64,000 nucleotides of DNA from Macrostomum hystrix (lineage: Eukaryota; Animalia; Platyhelminthes): assembly GCA_950097015.1 (NCBI GenBank), contig CATNEN010000001.1, forward strand, positions 3,162,001 through 3,226,000. Direction: 5' to 3'. The notes below the pieces were generated by a model. It was not told the DNA's origin, did no database searches, and saw only the letters and a list, made by a program, of their open reading frames with translations. This document shows, one piece after another, positions 47,041-59,070 of the stretch (positions are counted from its first letter, which is position 1; every line of letters starts with the position of its first letter). Made by a program: the position numbers and the translations under genes.

Positions 47041-47823
47041 TGTCGTGTCGTTGTGCCTAATATTGTACACAAGATGCACTACTGACAGTAGGAGTGTAGG
47101 TAGAGCTATAATTTTTTTCAATTCAATCTTAATTTTTTTTTCTACAGCAAGTAAAAAAATTAACTAAGTAAGTTATAAGTTATATGCAAATTATTATTAT
47201 TATTATTATTACAAGCAATACTATAAAATTCGTATATATAAAGCCATAAAGCCATACGCGCTTTTAGAATTAGATGTTCAGCTGTCTTCTTAGCATGCAT
47301 TTTCGGTAAACTAAAATTTAATATTAGATAATTTATTGATTTGTTTCTTTAGTACATGCCAATTAAGGCACAATATCCACCTAAAAAAATTCTATTGACT
47401 GAAAATCGTTAATGGTCACTCTGTAAAGGTTTTGGTTTAAAGGAATTGAGCGAAGTCGGTGGTAATTTTATTGTTCGAGGAAGTCAATCGATTGATTGAG
47501 CAAAACTTTGAAATGGCCAGGCTTGCAGTTGCGTGCATTTATATATGTATTGCGTAATATCCGGGAATTTCGAATTATCTGGGTTTAACAAAGCAATCTA
47601 CATAATATTATTACGTACTAAATAAATTATACTGTGTATATGGAGGACACTATTTATTAATTTTTGTACATGTAAAATATATTTGAATAACAGAATGCTA
47701 ATGTACAGAATTTATTGGACAATTAAACTGTGAATATACAGTCAACGCTTATTGGGGAAATTTCAATAATAACTGGTAAATGTTAGTGCAATTTACAAAA
47801 ATAACAAAAAATACTCTACAACA
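47041..47823 (-). mobile_element. Candidate 3' LTR of the Gypsy remnant
   Basis: Minus-strand polypurine tract GCGGGGGGGAC directly precedes TGTTGTAG at 47823. The putative other end reads AACGACACGACA, the same 12-mer that ends the solo LTR at 60752. Left boundary uncertain. Confidence 0.4.
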
Positions 47824-47959
47824 GTCCCCCCCGCGTAAGTCGGAGTCTCGGTCGGGCCACTAAGGAACTGAAAAATGATGCTAGATTATTTACGGGAATT
47901 AGAAATAATGGTAGTCATTGTCCTTTTTAAAAAGCACGTGCCGGCCACTCGGCTAGTTT

Positions 47960-50900
47960 TTTGGGCTTTTTCAGCGGTGGGCGCATCTGGCGTGTCGTGC
48001 CGGGTGGGCTCAGGTGGCCCACCCGGCTAATGATAATTATCTCATCCAGCGTCAAGCTGGATGCGTCTGTGAGGAGACTCCGAGGGCTGCGAGGCCTTGT
48101 CCGGTGCCATTGGACGTTTGGCGTTGCTGATCGTGTGCAGCGGCTTCAGTCGGTCGAATGACACGGCCTCCTGCTGTCCAGAGTGAGTCTCGACGATGAT
48201 GAACTTCGCAGCCCGATGGATGACGCGGAAAGCTTCTCGGTACGGCACCTCCAATGGCTTGCGAACGTGGTCTACGCGGAGCCAGACCTTCTCAGCAGTT
48301 CAGAGGTCAGTAGGAATGTACCGCTTCTTCGTGGAAGGAGAAGGTCGAGGAGCTTCCGTGATGTAGTCCAAGCGAAGCCGAACTGCTTGAGGATCCTTGT
48401 CGCCAGTCGCCAGCACTCGGGGTAGCATCGGGTGCTCACCAGTGAGACGCGTGAAGGGGCTGACCCCGTTGTCGCCCAAAGAAACGTGCATGGCGAGCAG
48501 TGCGAGCGGCAGGTTGTCAAGCCAGGACTTACCGCGTGCCTTCAGGATGTTCAGGATGCTTGATCTCTCCGTTGGTCTGCGGAGGATATGCAGTCGTGCG
48601 GAGACGATATAGAAGCCGACGTTGGCAACCAGCATGTTGAACAGGTGCGCGTCGAACTGCGCGCCGAGGTCAGTGACGACGTACACCGAATCGTGCGATC
48701 CAAGTCGCTAAAAAAGCGGACGCTACTCACTGGGCTGTGATAGATTCGATCGGTGCTGCTTCGATCCAGCTGGTTCCGCAGTCTATCATTGTGTGCAGCT
48801 ACCTTGGGGTCAGGCCGAACGAGGAGTCCAAGACCGTGGCGATCATGTTTACCAGCAAGCTGCGTTGGACCATGAAACCCCTCACTCTCTACGGCAAGGA
48901 CATCACCATGAGCAAGCAAACTCGTTGCCTTGGTTTGATCTTGGACCATAGGCTAAACTGGAGTCACCACCTCCGTTTCAAAACCAAGAGGGCCCTGGCG
49001 ATACTGGCGCAAGTCAGGCGAGCCGTTGGCACCACTTGGGGCCTCACCCCCCAGAAGCTCTGGTGGATCTACACAACGATCATCAGACCCTCGATCTCGT
49101 ACGCCAGCCTCATCTGGGCTAGCGCCACGAGTACCCAGGGAAACCTGGATGCGCTTTACAGGGTGCAGGGCAGAGCCTGTCGCATGACCATAGGCGCCTC
49201 ACCCTCCACTCCCTTCGAAGGCATGAACGCCTTCCTGGGAGCAACTCCTCTGGACATCTTCGTCAAGGGAGAGGCCGCGAAGACCACCAGGCGCCTTATG
49301 GATGCCGGCGTGACGTTCAAATTCTCGAGGGCCTTCAAAAAGCGCTCTCTCACTCCCCACTCCGATCTGTGCCTCAAGATTCTGGGCGAGTGCGAAGGGC
49401 TCCACATCCTCTCCGATGCTATACCCGCCACTCTGACCCTGAGCCACAGGTACAAGGTCGAAATTCAGCCTCGCCAGGAGGCAAACGACAGCTGGACCGA
49501 CTCTGAAATCCACTGTTATACCGACGGCTCCCTGATGAACGGAATCTCAGGATTCGGAGCCTGTATCTACAAGGGAGGAAAGGTCGTCTGGACTCACTCC
49601 CAGCACACGGGGAAAAACTCCAGCGTTTTTCAGAACGAGATGCTCGCCATCAGTTCATGTGCAGCAGAGCTGCACCAGAGGGGGCTCACTGACCGGAAGA
49701 TCTTTTTCCACTCCGACAGTCAAGCCGCCCTCCGGGCCCTCGACCGAAGCACCACCTGCTCTAAGACCACCTTGGATTGCAACGCCCAGCTCAACGAGTT
49801 GGCGCGGGCCAACGAGGTCAAGCTCAAATGGATCCCAGGTCAGGCTGGCTTCCCAGGGAATGAGATGGCGGAACAGCTCGCAAAAGCTGGAGCAGCCAGC
49901 ACCCTGGCTGGGCCAGAACCTGGCGCTCCTATCCCCGCCTCTGTGACCAACATCAAGCTGAAACGCTGGAGGCACAGCACCTGGACAGATGGACCAAGAC
50001 CCAAAACTGCAAGCAGTCCAGGGCAGCGGTTCCATGTCCGTCTCACCGCCTGCGCAAAGCCCTCCTAAGGCTGAACCGCAGAGATCTCCGCGCTGTCAGC
50101 ATGGCCCTCTCAGGGCATGGCTGTTTCTCTCGGCACCGCTTTCTCCAGGGCCAGCTCCAGGAGGACAAATGCACATTCTGTAGCTCGGGCAGTGAAAACG
50201 CCGAACACTTTATATGCCACTGCCCAGTTTTCACCAGGGCAAGGCTTGAACACCTTGGGCCAAACCCAACTCTCTCCGATGTTTGCAGGCCCGAGAGCAT
50301 CCCTCAGCTTGCCCGGTACCTTCGGGATACGGGGCGAGCCAACGTCTTTCCCACTGACAGTGCGGAGGACCATGCTGCAGGCGAGTCCGACGGGTCACCC
50401 TGAGCAACATCACCTCTCCTGAGGTCGTCTGGTTTGCCAGGGGTTAGCGGAATGGGCGGTCCCCTCCGCCTCCTCGCTGCGTCCGTCGGTACGGAGCACC
50501 CTGCAGATAAGTCAAAGTATAAGTCAGGCCGAATGAGACGTCGTGCTTGCGCTCTGGCACCGGCAGAATGGCCGACGATGTCAATATGCGCGGTCTGAAA
50601 TCGATTGGATGGCAGGTCGAAGGCTGCGCTGCCGAATGTTGTATGGCGGCTGACTTTGTTGCGCTGGCATATCTCACAGTCTCGGCAGAAGGCTTTTATG
50701 TCGGGACGCATATCAGGCCAGAAATAGCGTGACATAATGAGACGGGCGGTCTTGCGAAAGCCGAAGTGTCCTAGATCGTGAAAATGTTGCAGCACAGAGC
50801 GTCGGAGCAGCTCCGGAATGACAGGTCTCGGGTAGATTGTGGACGTCTCGCAGAGCAGAGTTTGTTCACCGTCAACCAGATAGAGTGGGACACCTTCACC

Positions 50901-51175
50901 TAGCTGCATCTGAAGCTAAAGCAGAAGCAGAAGCAGATGCAGCTTCTCGCAGAGCAGAGTTTTGCTGCTGTGGTCTACGATGGCTGGAATGTCGATGGGT
51001 AACAGCGGCTGGACGCTGTTGACCTGGTCGGTGTCTGGATGGTCGAGCCTAAAGAGCGCCTCCGCTACGATGTTGTCGGCACCCCGGATGTGGATCACGT
51101 CCGCGACGTATTCAGCTATAACGCTCAGGTACCGTTGATTCCGGTCGGAGGTGCCGGTGTTGCCCCTGTGGAAAT
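47960..51175 (-). mobile_element. Ty3/Gypsy pol remnant (RNase H end, integrase), degenerate and split by a LINE
   Basis: RYLSVIAEY..HIRGADNIVAEAL.R; LLCETS..PRPVIP..H.LGH.G..YFWP.M..C..CQ.NK; HIDIVG; MID..TSW.EAAP; WIARFG..VVTD.G.QF; WLDNLPLALL; VSFDRLKP. Multiple stops and frameshifts. Confidence 0.9.
48793..50522 (+). mobile_element. 5'-truncated non-LTR retrotransposon with RNase H and CCHC knuckle (LOA/Lian-like, I superfamily)
   Basis: RT C-terminus KT..IMFT.K, LGLILD.RLNW, WIYTTIIRP.I.YA..IW; RNase H YTDGS, VFQ.E..AI, SDSQAAL, WIPG..G..GNE.A..LAK; frameshift near 49970; then GH..C..C....E..EH..C.C; structured 3' UTR. The Gypsy integrase reads LT|MID across the insertion. Confidence 0.9.
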
Positions 51176-51687
51176 TTCAAGAATAAACAGTGGAATTAAC
51201 AACAATAACAAAACAGCAAAGCTACAACATAATTTACCAGCGTTTGAGCACTTTAAAAAATTTAATCAAACAAAGGGAGTTATTATATACGTTGGTTGCA
51301 TTCCATAAGTTAACCATACGAGCTATTACATAAATAGTTAGTTATATCCTTGTTGATAATGTAAATGGCAAATAATTCAAACATGTATAAGGACAGTCTT
51401 TTTCCCGTTTTGCATGTCCAATTTTCGTATATTTTAATGAGAACTCGTGCTTCAAGACTACGATTGACGCCAAGTTTGGCTTAGAAAACGACTTATTTTA
51501 GATTGTCAAGTCGATATTAATCCACGCTGCTAAAGAGCTTCTCAAAGAATCATTCTTATATATAGCTGCTTTTAGAAAGCGACTTAAATATTTGTATATT
51601 TTGGTGAAAAGTTATCACCAGCATGACTGCATGGCCTTAGCCAGTCAAATATGTAGACATATATAGTCACAGTGAATGATCCTTCAC

Positions 51688-54600
51688 CTAGCATATGTGA
51701 AAGCAACGGCTTTGCTCGATATTCGAACCGACGCAGGGCAGTCCGCCGTTGGTTGGCAGCGGGTTGTCGCAAAGCCGTGTTCGGGTCCGAGTTCCCGGGA
51801 TGTTGCAGTCCTCAGTGGGGCTGCAACCGCTGTAGTAACTCCAGCCGCCCCAGCCGCCGTCAACTCGAGAGATGCGAAAACGCTCGCTCAACGAACTGGA
51901 CGCTCTCGGAACTCCGCCGGCGACGCTACGAGTTGCTATGGCAATGTCCAGCTCGACGCCGCGCTCGAAACCCCGAATCCAGTACTCGTAGGTTTCACCG
52001 AGTAGCTCCTGCTGGCTCTCTGCAGCCGCCGGGATCACGGCATCTTTCCTCAAGTCCGCGCCAACGACCGACCAGGTGAGAAAGAAGGAGGAGGCGGGCA
52101 GACCGAACGGGGCTCGCCTCCAGACAACAAGCAGGTCTGAGCTGTTAAGGAAACCCACTACGCTGAAGTTCATCGGTGACTGTACAATGCCTGCAATGTA
52201 TTTGGGACGAGCTTATTTGTTTATTAATTGGCAGTAACAAAATACCAAGTAGTGAGCACATGTGTACATCTGCCCTGAGATTTTGTCAGACGGTTAATTA
52301 CACTTTCACTGTGCCTTGGTCGCTGACCATCGTGGACGCAAATTGCACGAGAAGCCCCAAGCCTTCTCTCCGCAAATGAATGTGGCCTCGCAGCGGAATC
52401 GAGCTAAGTGGCACTGCTAGATTGGCATGTCTATTGTTAAAGAGCTAGATTTTCATGATCGCGACTCACTATTGTCGCAGGCGTCCACGTTCCAGCATTG
52501 CCTACGATCGGACACCAGCCCAGTTATGCACGGGGAACCGCCGAATTGTGGCTTTGGTTTGTCACAATCTCTGCAGTACAAAACATAACCTTGGCTGCAC
52601 CGGCCTCTGGGGATTGTGTTGCACTGCGGCCCACCAAGCCAAACGGGACACGGCTTCCATTCACCCCACTGGCCGTCAACGGGACACGTGCCAGCGAGGC
52701 AGTCCTCGTAGCCGACTGACGAGCCGACGCAGTCGGCGCCTCCACCGCTTGGCGGGGGATTTTGGCAATACCGATTGCGCACGCGGAAGTGCCAACCGCA
52801 GGTTGCCAGACAGTTGGACCACGGATTCCATGAGTTCCAGCCTCCGTTTACCCTGGGACAGTCTGCAATATTGCAATCCGAGCTTTGAGTCTCGGTTGAG
52901 TCGGCAGGTTTAATACAGTTGTTGGGCAGCTCATCCGCCTGGCATTGTCGGATGCGGGTTCGGGTCGCACGACCGGGTCCGCATGACAAAGAGCACTGGC
53001 TCCACTCTGACCACGGCTGCCACTCTGAAATTTTGTGGCTTTTTTGCACATTATATTGACTAGCTTTGATGGGACTTTTACATTATACCAATATTGATAG
53101 GCTGCAGAGGGATGAAACGAGGTAAAACGTCGGGGCGCGTGCGCCGAGGCACGGCACGGCCCGCCCGCTGTGCATATCTATGGAATTCGACCATAGACAA
53201 CAGCAGAGGGCGTGCGGCCGTTTGTTTCAACCTCGTAGGTTTACTACAACAGCGTTGGTTTGCTGTTTATTGGTAATCTTCCATAGACAGTACAGCTATC
53301 GCGGTTTTGGGCCTACGGCTCGAGTGGCCTATACGATTGTATATAACCATTATTATGATTGTATGTACTCGTATGTAACAAAAAGAAATAAAGACACGAG
53401 AGCGAAGAGCCTAGAAGGAGCTAACGAAAAGCTCGATTGTGAATCTCTATAGATTCAAAAAGACCCCGATCCTCCGTTTCTCATAACAGAAATCAAGAAG
53501 GAAAATAGCTAGTTGCATGGGGGCTGTGAGCAGACAATTCTGCAAATTTTTCTGAATCCTGAGTATACACACATAGCTTTAACAGCCCCTCTCGACTCTT
53601 TTATCATAGGCTTACCCAGCAGCCACACAAGGCTTACCTGCCACGCTTGGACATTGAACATCTTCGTTGCAGTCTCGAGTTTCCTCTGAGACGCCCTGTT
53701 CTGAGCTGCAGTTTGCTGTCGACGGTGCTGGCTCAAGTTGTTCAGTCAGGCACTGGCGGCTGCGAGTCTGCCTACCGCCGACGCAGGTCTGTGAACAATC
53801 AGCCCAGTTTGACCAACGTGTCCACTGCACAGCAGCTGGGTTAAGAATTGTAAGGGAATCGTTAACAGTAGAAAGACCACGCCATCCCCCCTTGAGAAGG
53901 AGCACGAGGATATTTAAATGCCCACTGTCTACTTCACGATCACTCCCAAACCGAATAAACTTGGTGACATTGCCATTGGTGACAATTACAAGTAACTCTG
54001 TGCAAGCCTCTATGGTGAATGCATTTTGGTTCTAAAAAATTAACAATTTAATCAATCCAAAATAGCTAACAATGATAGCCGACATGCTTAAATAAAGAAT
54101 TTTGTGAGTACATATCTAAGAAACACGTACAATATAGGTAACCGGCCGTGGTCTTTGTACTGTCAATAGCTACACTATAGTTAGGAGTTCACGATATTCA
54201 GGATCTAGTCACTCTGAACTGTTAAGGATCTAGTGACTCTAAACTACTCAAGAACTCGAAATTGCTCATGACTTAGTCACTCGAAAGTGTTCAGGATCTA
54301 CTCACTAACACCACGTCACGGCCTCACTTTCCAAGCATTCTAAACGCATTCACGCAAAGCCAGCTTCAGTCTCAAAGCCACTCACCAACGCAGGCAGTGC
54401 CACAGGTCCTGCTTTCAGTCTCCACCTCGTTTGGCAGCAAAACTCTGTTTCTGGAACTGCAGTTTGTACAAGAGAATATAATCTACGAGACTATAATCTC
54501 GTAAATTGCTGGCATGGTTGCACTGCTTTTTATTGATACTAGCAGCTAGTTTCAAAGATAAACTTGCTGCACCTGCTGAATTGACAAGCATTCTTACGCA

Positions 54601-55151
54601 TTTTGCTCGTAGTTTATAAATCATTAAAGACTGTAATTCTCGTAGTTCTCTTAGTAGTTAAATACCGCTACATATTCTTCGATTACGAGTACGAGTACTT
54701 AGCGATGAAAGAGATCTAACACTTTTTCAAGATTTCGTTTCTTTCGCAAAATACTTGCAAGAGAAAAAGCAAAACAAAAATAGTAATAAAAATTAAATTC
54801 ACCTGCCCCTATTGGGCCAGATGTGCAGCCGACAGCACATTCGCAGCTATTGCGCAGCTCATATCTGAAGGCTGCGTACGGCTGTTCAGTCCATGGACTG
54901 TGGGAACGCTACGACCTGCACCCTCAATTACCCCAGCTGATGCTGGTATCCATTTAACAACCCGAGGGAATCGAACCCCCGACCTACCGAGTCTGCTTGC
55001 CGATGACGCATGAACTGACACTGCATTGGCTCCATTCGGTCCAGTCTGACATTGGGTTTTCATCCACCCGAGCTGTCTGCCGTCTGGAACTTAAGCAAGC
55101 CTGACCAAAGTTAAGCATCAGTAGCAGCAGCAGCAGCAGCAGTAGCTTCAT
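51688..55151 (-). CDS. Secreted TSP1-repeat/FN3 protein, copy B (~496 aa: signal peptide-TSP1x5-FN3-TSP1); exons 55151-54988, 54456-54386, 53835-53638, 53024-52470, 52190-51688
   Basis: Paralogous exons with conserved splice sites and open frame (1491 nt); the 177-nt exon 3 of copy A is absent. Confidence 0.87.
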
Positions 55152-56227
55152 CGTTCCGATCGCAGCTTTGCTAAATCGTTGATTGAAACAGTTAACAAGC
55201 AGAGCAGACATTATTATTATTGATTTGGCAATTGCTACTTGGCTGAAGCAGTCGTGTAGGATCTGCAATCAATGAACAGACCAAAGCTTTGCGCATTTAA
55301 TAATTCACCCCCGACAAATTGCTTCTTCACTGGCATTGGCCAGAACAAGAGCGTTGGCTACTAGCTACCCAGTGCCTAATCTAGAAGCATCGGTTATCTC
55401 TGTACGCAGTGGACCGGAAGGGTAAACAAACAAATAAATAAATGAATAAATAAATATGTACTTATATAACTAGTACGCAGCCATGCGTACGGAATCGAAA
55501 AAATTACATCAGATAAAACCGAACGACAAAGGAAAAATAGAAGTGGATTTATACATGAACAAAGAGTGTTTTAGAGGGGCCCAGAGAGTCGCGAAAAAGT
55601 GGCGTGACTTCGCACAACCCCCCTGGCTTAGTGAGTCGGCAGCTCAACTAGACTGGGATTGAGGGGTTTGGAGTGCAGCTGCACTAGCGCTGGCCGGTCG
55701 CGTAATTAATAAACGCTCCAAATCAACAGACATCAACAGACGTCTGTAGAATTTGCACCGCAGCTCGAAATCAGGGTTTTGTATTTTTTTCGCTGCGGAT
55801 CAGTATTATCCGGTATGGCCATCATTGTGCTAGTCTGCACAGCTGCCAATCGGTAAAATGTTCTTTTTGATAAAATAATTCTGTTATAAAATAAAATAAA
55901 ATAAAATGTCATCTCGCACCTTAGAGCGCAGCGAGGCGTCAGGAAATAAAAAAGTACAAAATACGAGTACTAGAAATATACACTTCTTGGATCGAGTGAC
56001 TTCTTGGAGTTCCTGCTATGTGCTACTTGCGGAGCTGGACGGCGAGTTAACGGCAAGCTAGCTAAGCGAATATCAATGGCTTTGACTATTCTTCTGACAA
56101 TTACTCGTACCAATAGTAGACTAGCAACTCTGCCCCCTATGGAGCGCCTAAACCTGCGTGGAAATATTTATGCAAAAATATTTTTTTAATATGTCGATAA
56201 AAATGGCTACACTACATTATAACAACT

Positions 56228-57780
56228 CGGTAATTTATGCTATCCCCTTGATAATTATGCCACCCCTATATTAATCATGCTACTCCCTAAAAACATTCTA
56301 CTTTTTTCCTCGATAAATCAAGCTAACCCCTCAACAATTCATGTTATTTCGTCATTAATCCATGCTACCCCTCGTTAATTCATACTCCCCCCTCGACAAT
56401 TCATGCAACCCGTTCAACAATTCATGCTATTTCGTCATTAATTCATGCTATTTCGTCATTAATACATGCTATTTCGTCATTAATTCATGCTATTTCGTCA
56501 TTAATTCATGCTATTTCGTCATTAATTCATGCTATTTCGTCATTAATTCATGCCATTTCGTTATTAATTCATGTCAATAATCCATGCTACCCCTCGTTAA
56601 TTCATGCTCCCCCCTCGATAATTCATGCAACCCGTTCAACAATTCATGCTATTTCGTCATTAATTCATGCTATTTCGTCATTAATTCATGCTATTTCGTC
56701 ATTAATTCATGCTATTTCGTCATTAATTCATGCTATTTCGTCCTTAATTCATGCTATTTCGTCATTAATTCATGCCATTTCGTTATTAGTTCATGCTATT
56801 TCGTCAATAATTCATGCTATTTCGTCATTAATTCATGCTATTTCGTCCTTAATTCATGCTATTTCGTCATTAATTCATGCTATTTCGTCATTAATTCATG
56901 CTATTTCGTCATTAATTCATGCCATTTCGTTATTAATTCATGTCATTATGTCATTAATCCATGCTACCCCTCGTTAATTCATGCTCCCCCCTCGATAATT
57001 CATGCAACCCGTTCAACAATTCATGCTATTTCGTCATTAATTCATGCTATTTCGTCATTAATTCATGCTATTTCGTCATTAATTCATGCTATTTCGTCAT
57101 TAATTCATACTATTTCGTCATTAATTCATGCTATTTCGTCCTTAATTCATGCTATTTCGTCATTAATTCATGCCATTTCGTTATTAATTCATGCTATTTC
57201 GTCATTAATTCATGCTATTTCGTCATTAATTCATGCTATTTCGTCCTTAATTCATGCTATTTCGTCATTAATTCATGCTATTTCGTCATTAATTCATGCT
57301 ATTTCGTCCTTAATTCATGCTATTTCGTCATTAATTCATGCCATTTCGTCATTAATTCATGCTATTTCGTAATTAATTCATGCTATTTCGTCATTAATTC
57401 ATGCTATTTCGTCATTAATTCATGCTATTTCGTCATTAATTCATGCTATTTCGTCATTAATTCATGCCATTTCGTCATTAATTCATGCCATTTCGTCATT
57501 AATTCATGCTATTTCGTCATTAATTCATGCTATTTCGTCCTTAATTCATGCTATTTCGTCAATAATTCATGCTATTTGGTAATTAATTCATGCTATTTCG
57601 TCATTAATTCATGCTATTTCGTCATTAATTCATGCTATTTCGTCATTAATTCATGCTATTTCGTCCTTAATTCATGCTATTTCGTCATTAATTCATGCTA
57701 TTTCGTCATTAATTCATGCTATTTCGTCATTAATTCATGCTTCCCTTTCGATAATTCATACTACCCCCTCAATAAATGAT
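56228..57780. repeat. 21-bp minisatellite (AATTCATGCTATTTCGTCATT), related to the 44-46 kb arrays
   Basis: Tandem repeat with periodic CATGCTACCCCTCG / CCCCTCGATAATTCATGC units shared with the 44 kb family. Confidence 0.94.
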
Positions 57781-58917
57781 TCTATCCTCTTCAAAGAATG
57801 ACGCCAATAAGAGAATAATAACGCCATCAGCTTTGATAAAGAAATAATTTCTCCATGTATTAAATCTAACAACGATTGCAGCTATCCTCGAAACACATTT
57901 CTTTAGTTTTGAAAATAAAATGACGCTAACAGATACGTATCCTCGAAAAGTATTCATTTAGTGTTTGAATCCAATAACGCTTGAGGCAATGCTTTAAGAA
58001 GTTAAAATTAAACAAGAATAACGCTTTAAGCTATGCTAAAAAATAGTTTTTCCAGTTCTGAATCAGATAAAAACGCTTGCAGCTATGCTCGAAAAATTCT
58101 TTAGTTTGGAATATTAAAATGACGCTAGCAGCTTCGTAAGCGCGAACAGTCTTCCTTTAGTTTTGAATCCAATCGAATTATGCTTGCTAAAGTGCTTGAA
58201 AAAACGTTAAAAGTTAGAATTAACAACGCTAAATGCTTTGCTCAAAGTGTTTTCTTATATTTCTGAATCTAATGACGCTGGCAGCAATTTGCTAATTTTT
58301 TTTTCCTCAATTCTGTATCGAATAACATGTGACGTTGCTGCGCCGTGTGCCTCTTCTACTGCACTTCCATGTAGTTATATATGTTGCTAGGTTCTCACTC
58401 TAAAGTTCTAATAACTAAAGTTTTTCTATTTCTACTGTAAGTAAACGCCAACGAACATCGCGCTGTCCCCAACTTGTTTTTGCTGATGTCTCAATATTCT
58501 TTCCCCCAGCCAATGAGCGTGCGTGCTCTGTCTGGCTAGAATTATCGATCGCCCTGTTTTTAATTAGACTGTCTAGCTTATTTAACTAGGGCCCCTGAGC
58601 CCGATCGCGCTCCACTGTCCTTTTACAACCGGCCCTCCACTCTGTCACTGCCTTTGTCCCGGCCACTGTTACTTTCACCTGTCGTGTTCACTACCACTTA
58701 CACTGCCACTACCTTTTCACTTCCACTATTTGTGCTGCCTTACTGCGACCGCTACTGGATACTTCTTTGCCTCTCTCGGCATCACTCATACTGTTTGTTC
58801 TCACCGAGCTCCTGCACCTGACTTTAATTAACTATATTGCTTGTCGTACACAAGTTGCTTGTGTACACAAGTCAAGTGTACTACACGAAAAGAGAATAAA
58901 AAAAATAAATAAATCAT

Positions 58918-59070
58918 AGTAAAATCAACCATGCGCCCCACTGTTGGGAGGGCGTATAGCGGGGCGTATAGTAAAATCAACCATGCGCCCCACTGTTGGG
59001 AGGGCGTATAGCGGGGCGTATAGTAAAATCAAACATGCGCCCCACTGGCGGGAGGGCGTATAGCGGGGCG
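58918..59070. repeat. Three 52-bp GC-rich direct repeats
   Basis: AGTAAAATCAACCATGCGCCCCACTGTTGGGAGGGCGTATAGCGGGGCG starting at 58918, 58970 and 59022. Confidence 0.9.

Noticed and set aside
55468-55492. CTAG next to hairpin GTACGCA-GCCA-TGCGTAC as a second Helitron 3' end
   Set aside because: The hairpin overlaps the CTAG, and no matching 5' TC end or empty site could be identified.
201-57780. Idea that array units follow 10.5-bp helical multiples
   Set aside because: Observed units are 19, 20, 21, 22, 23, 25, 26, 28, 29 and 30 bp, with no clear periodic preference.
58328-58870. Possible solo LTR starting TGTGACG
   Set aside because: No matching terminus with a TSD found.
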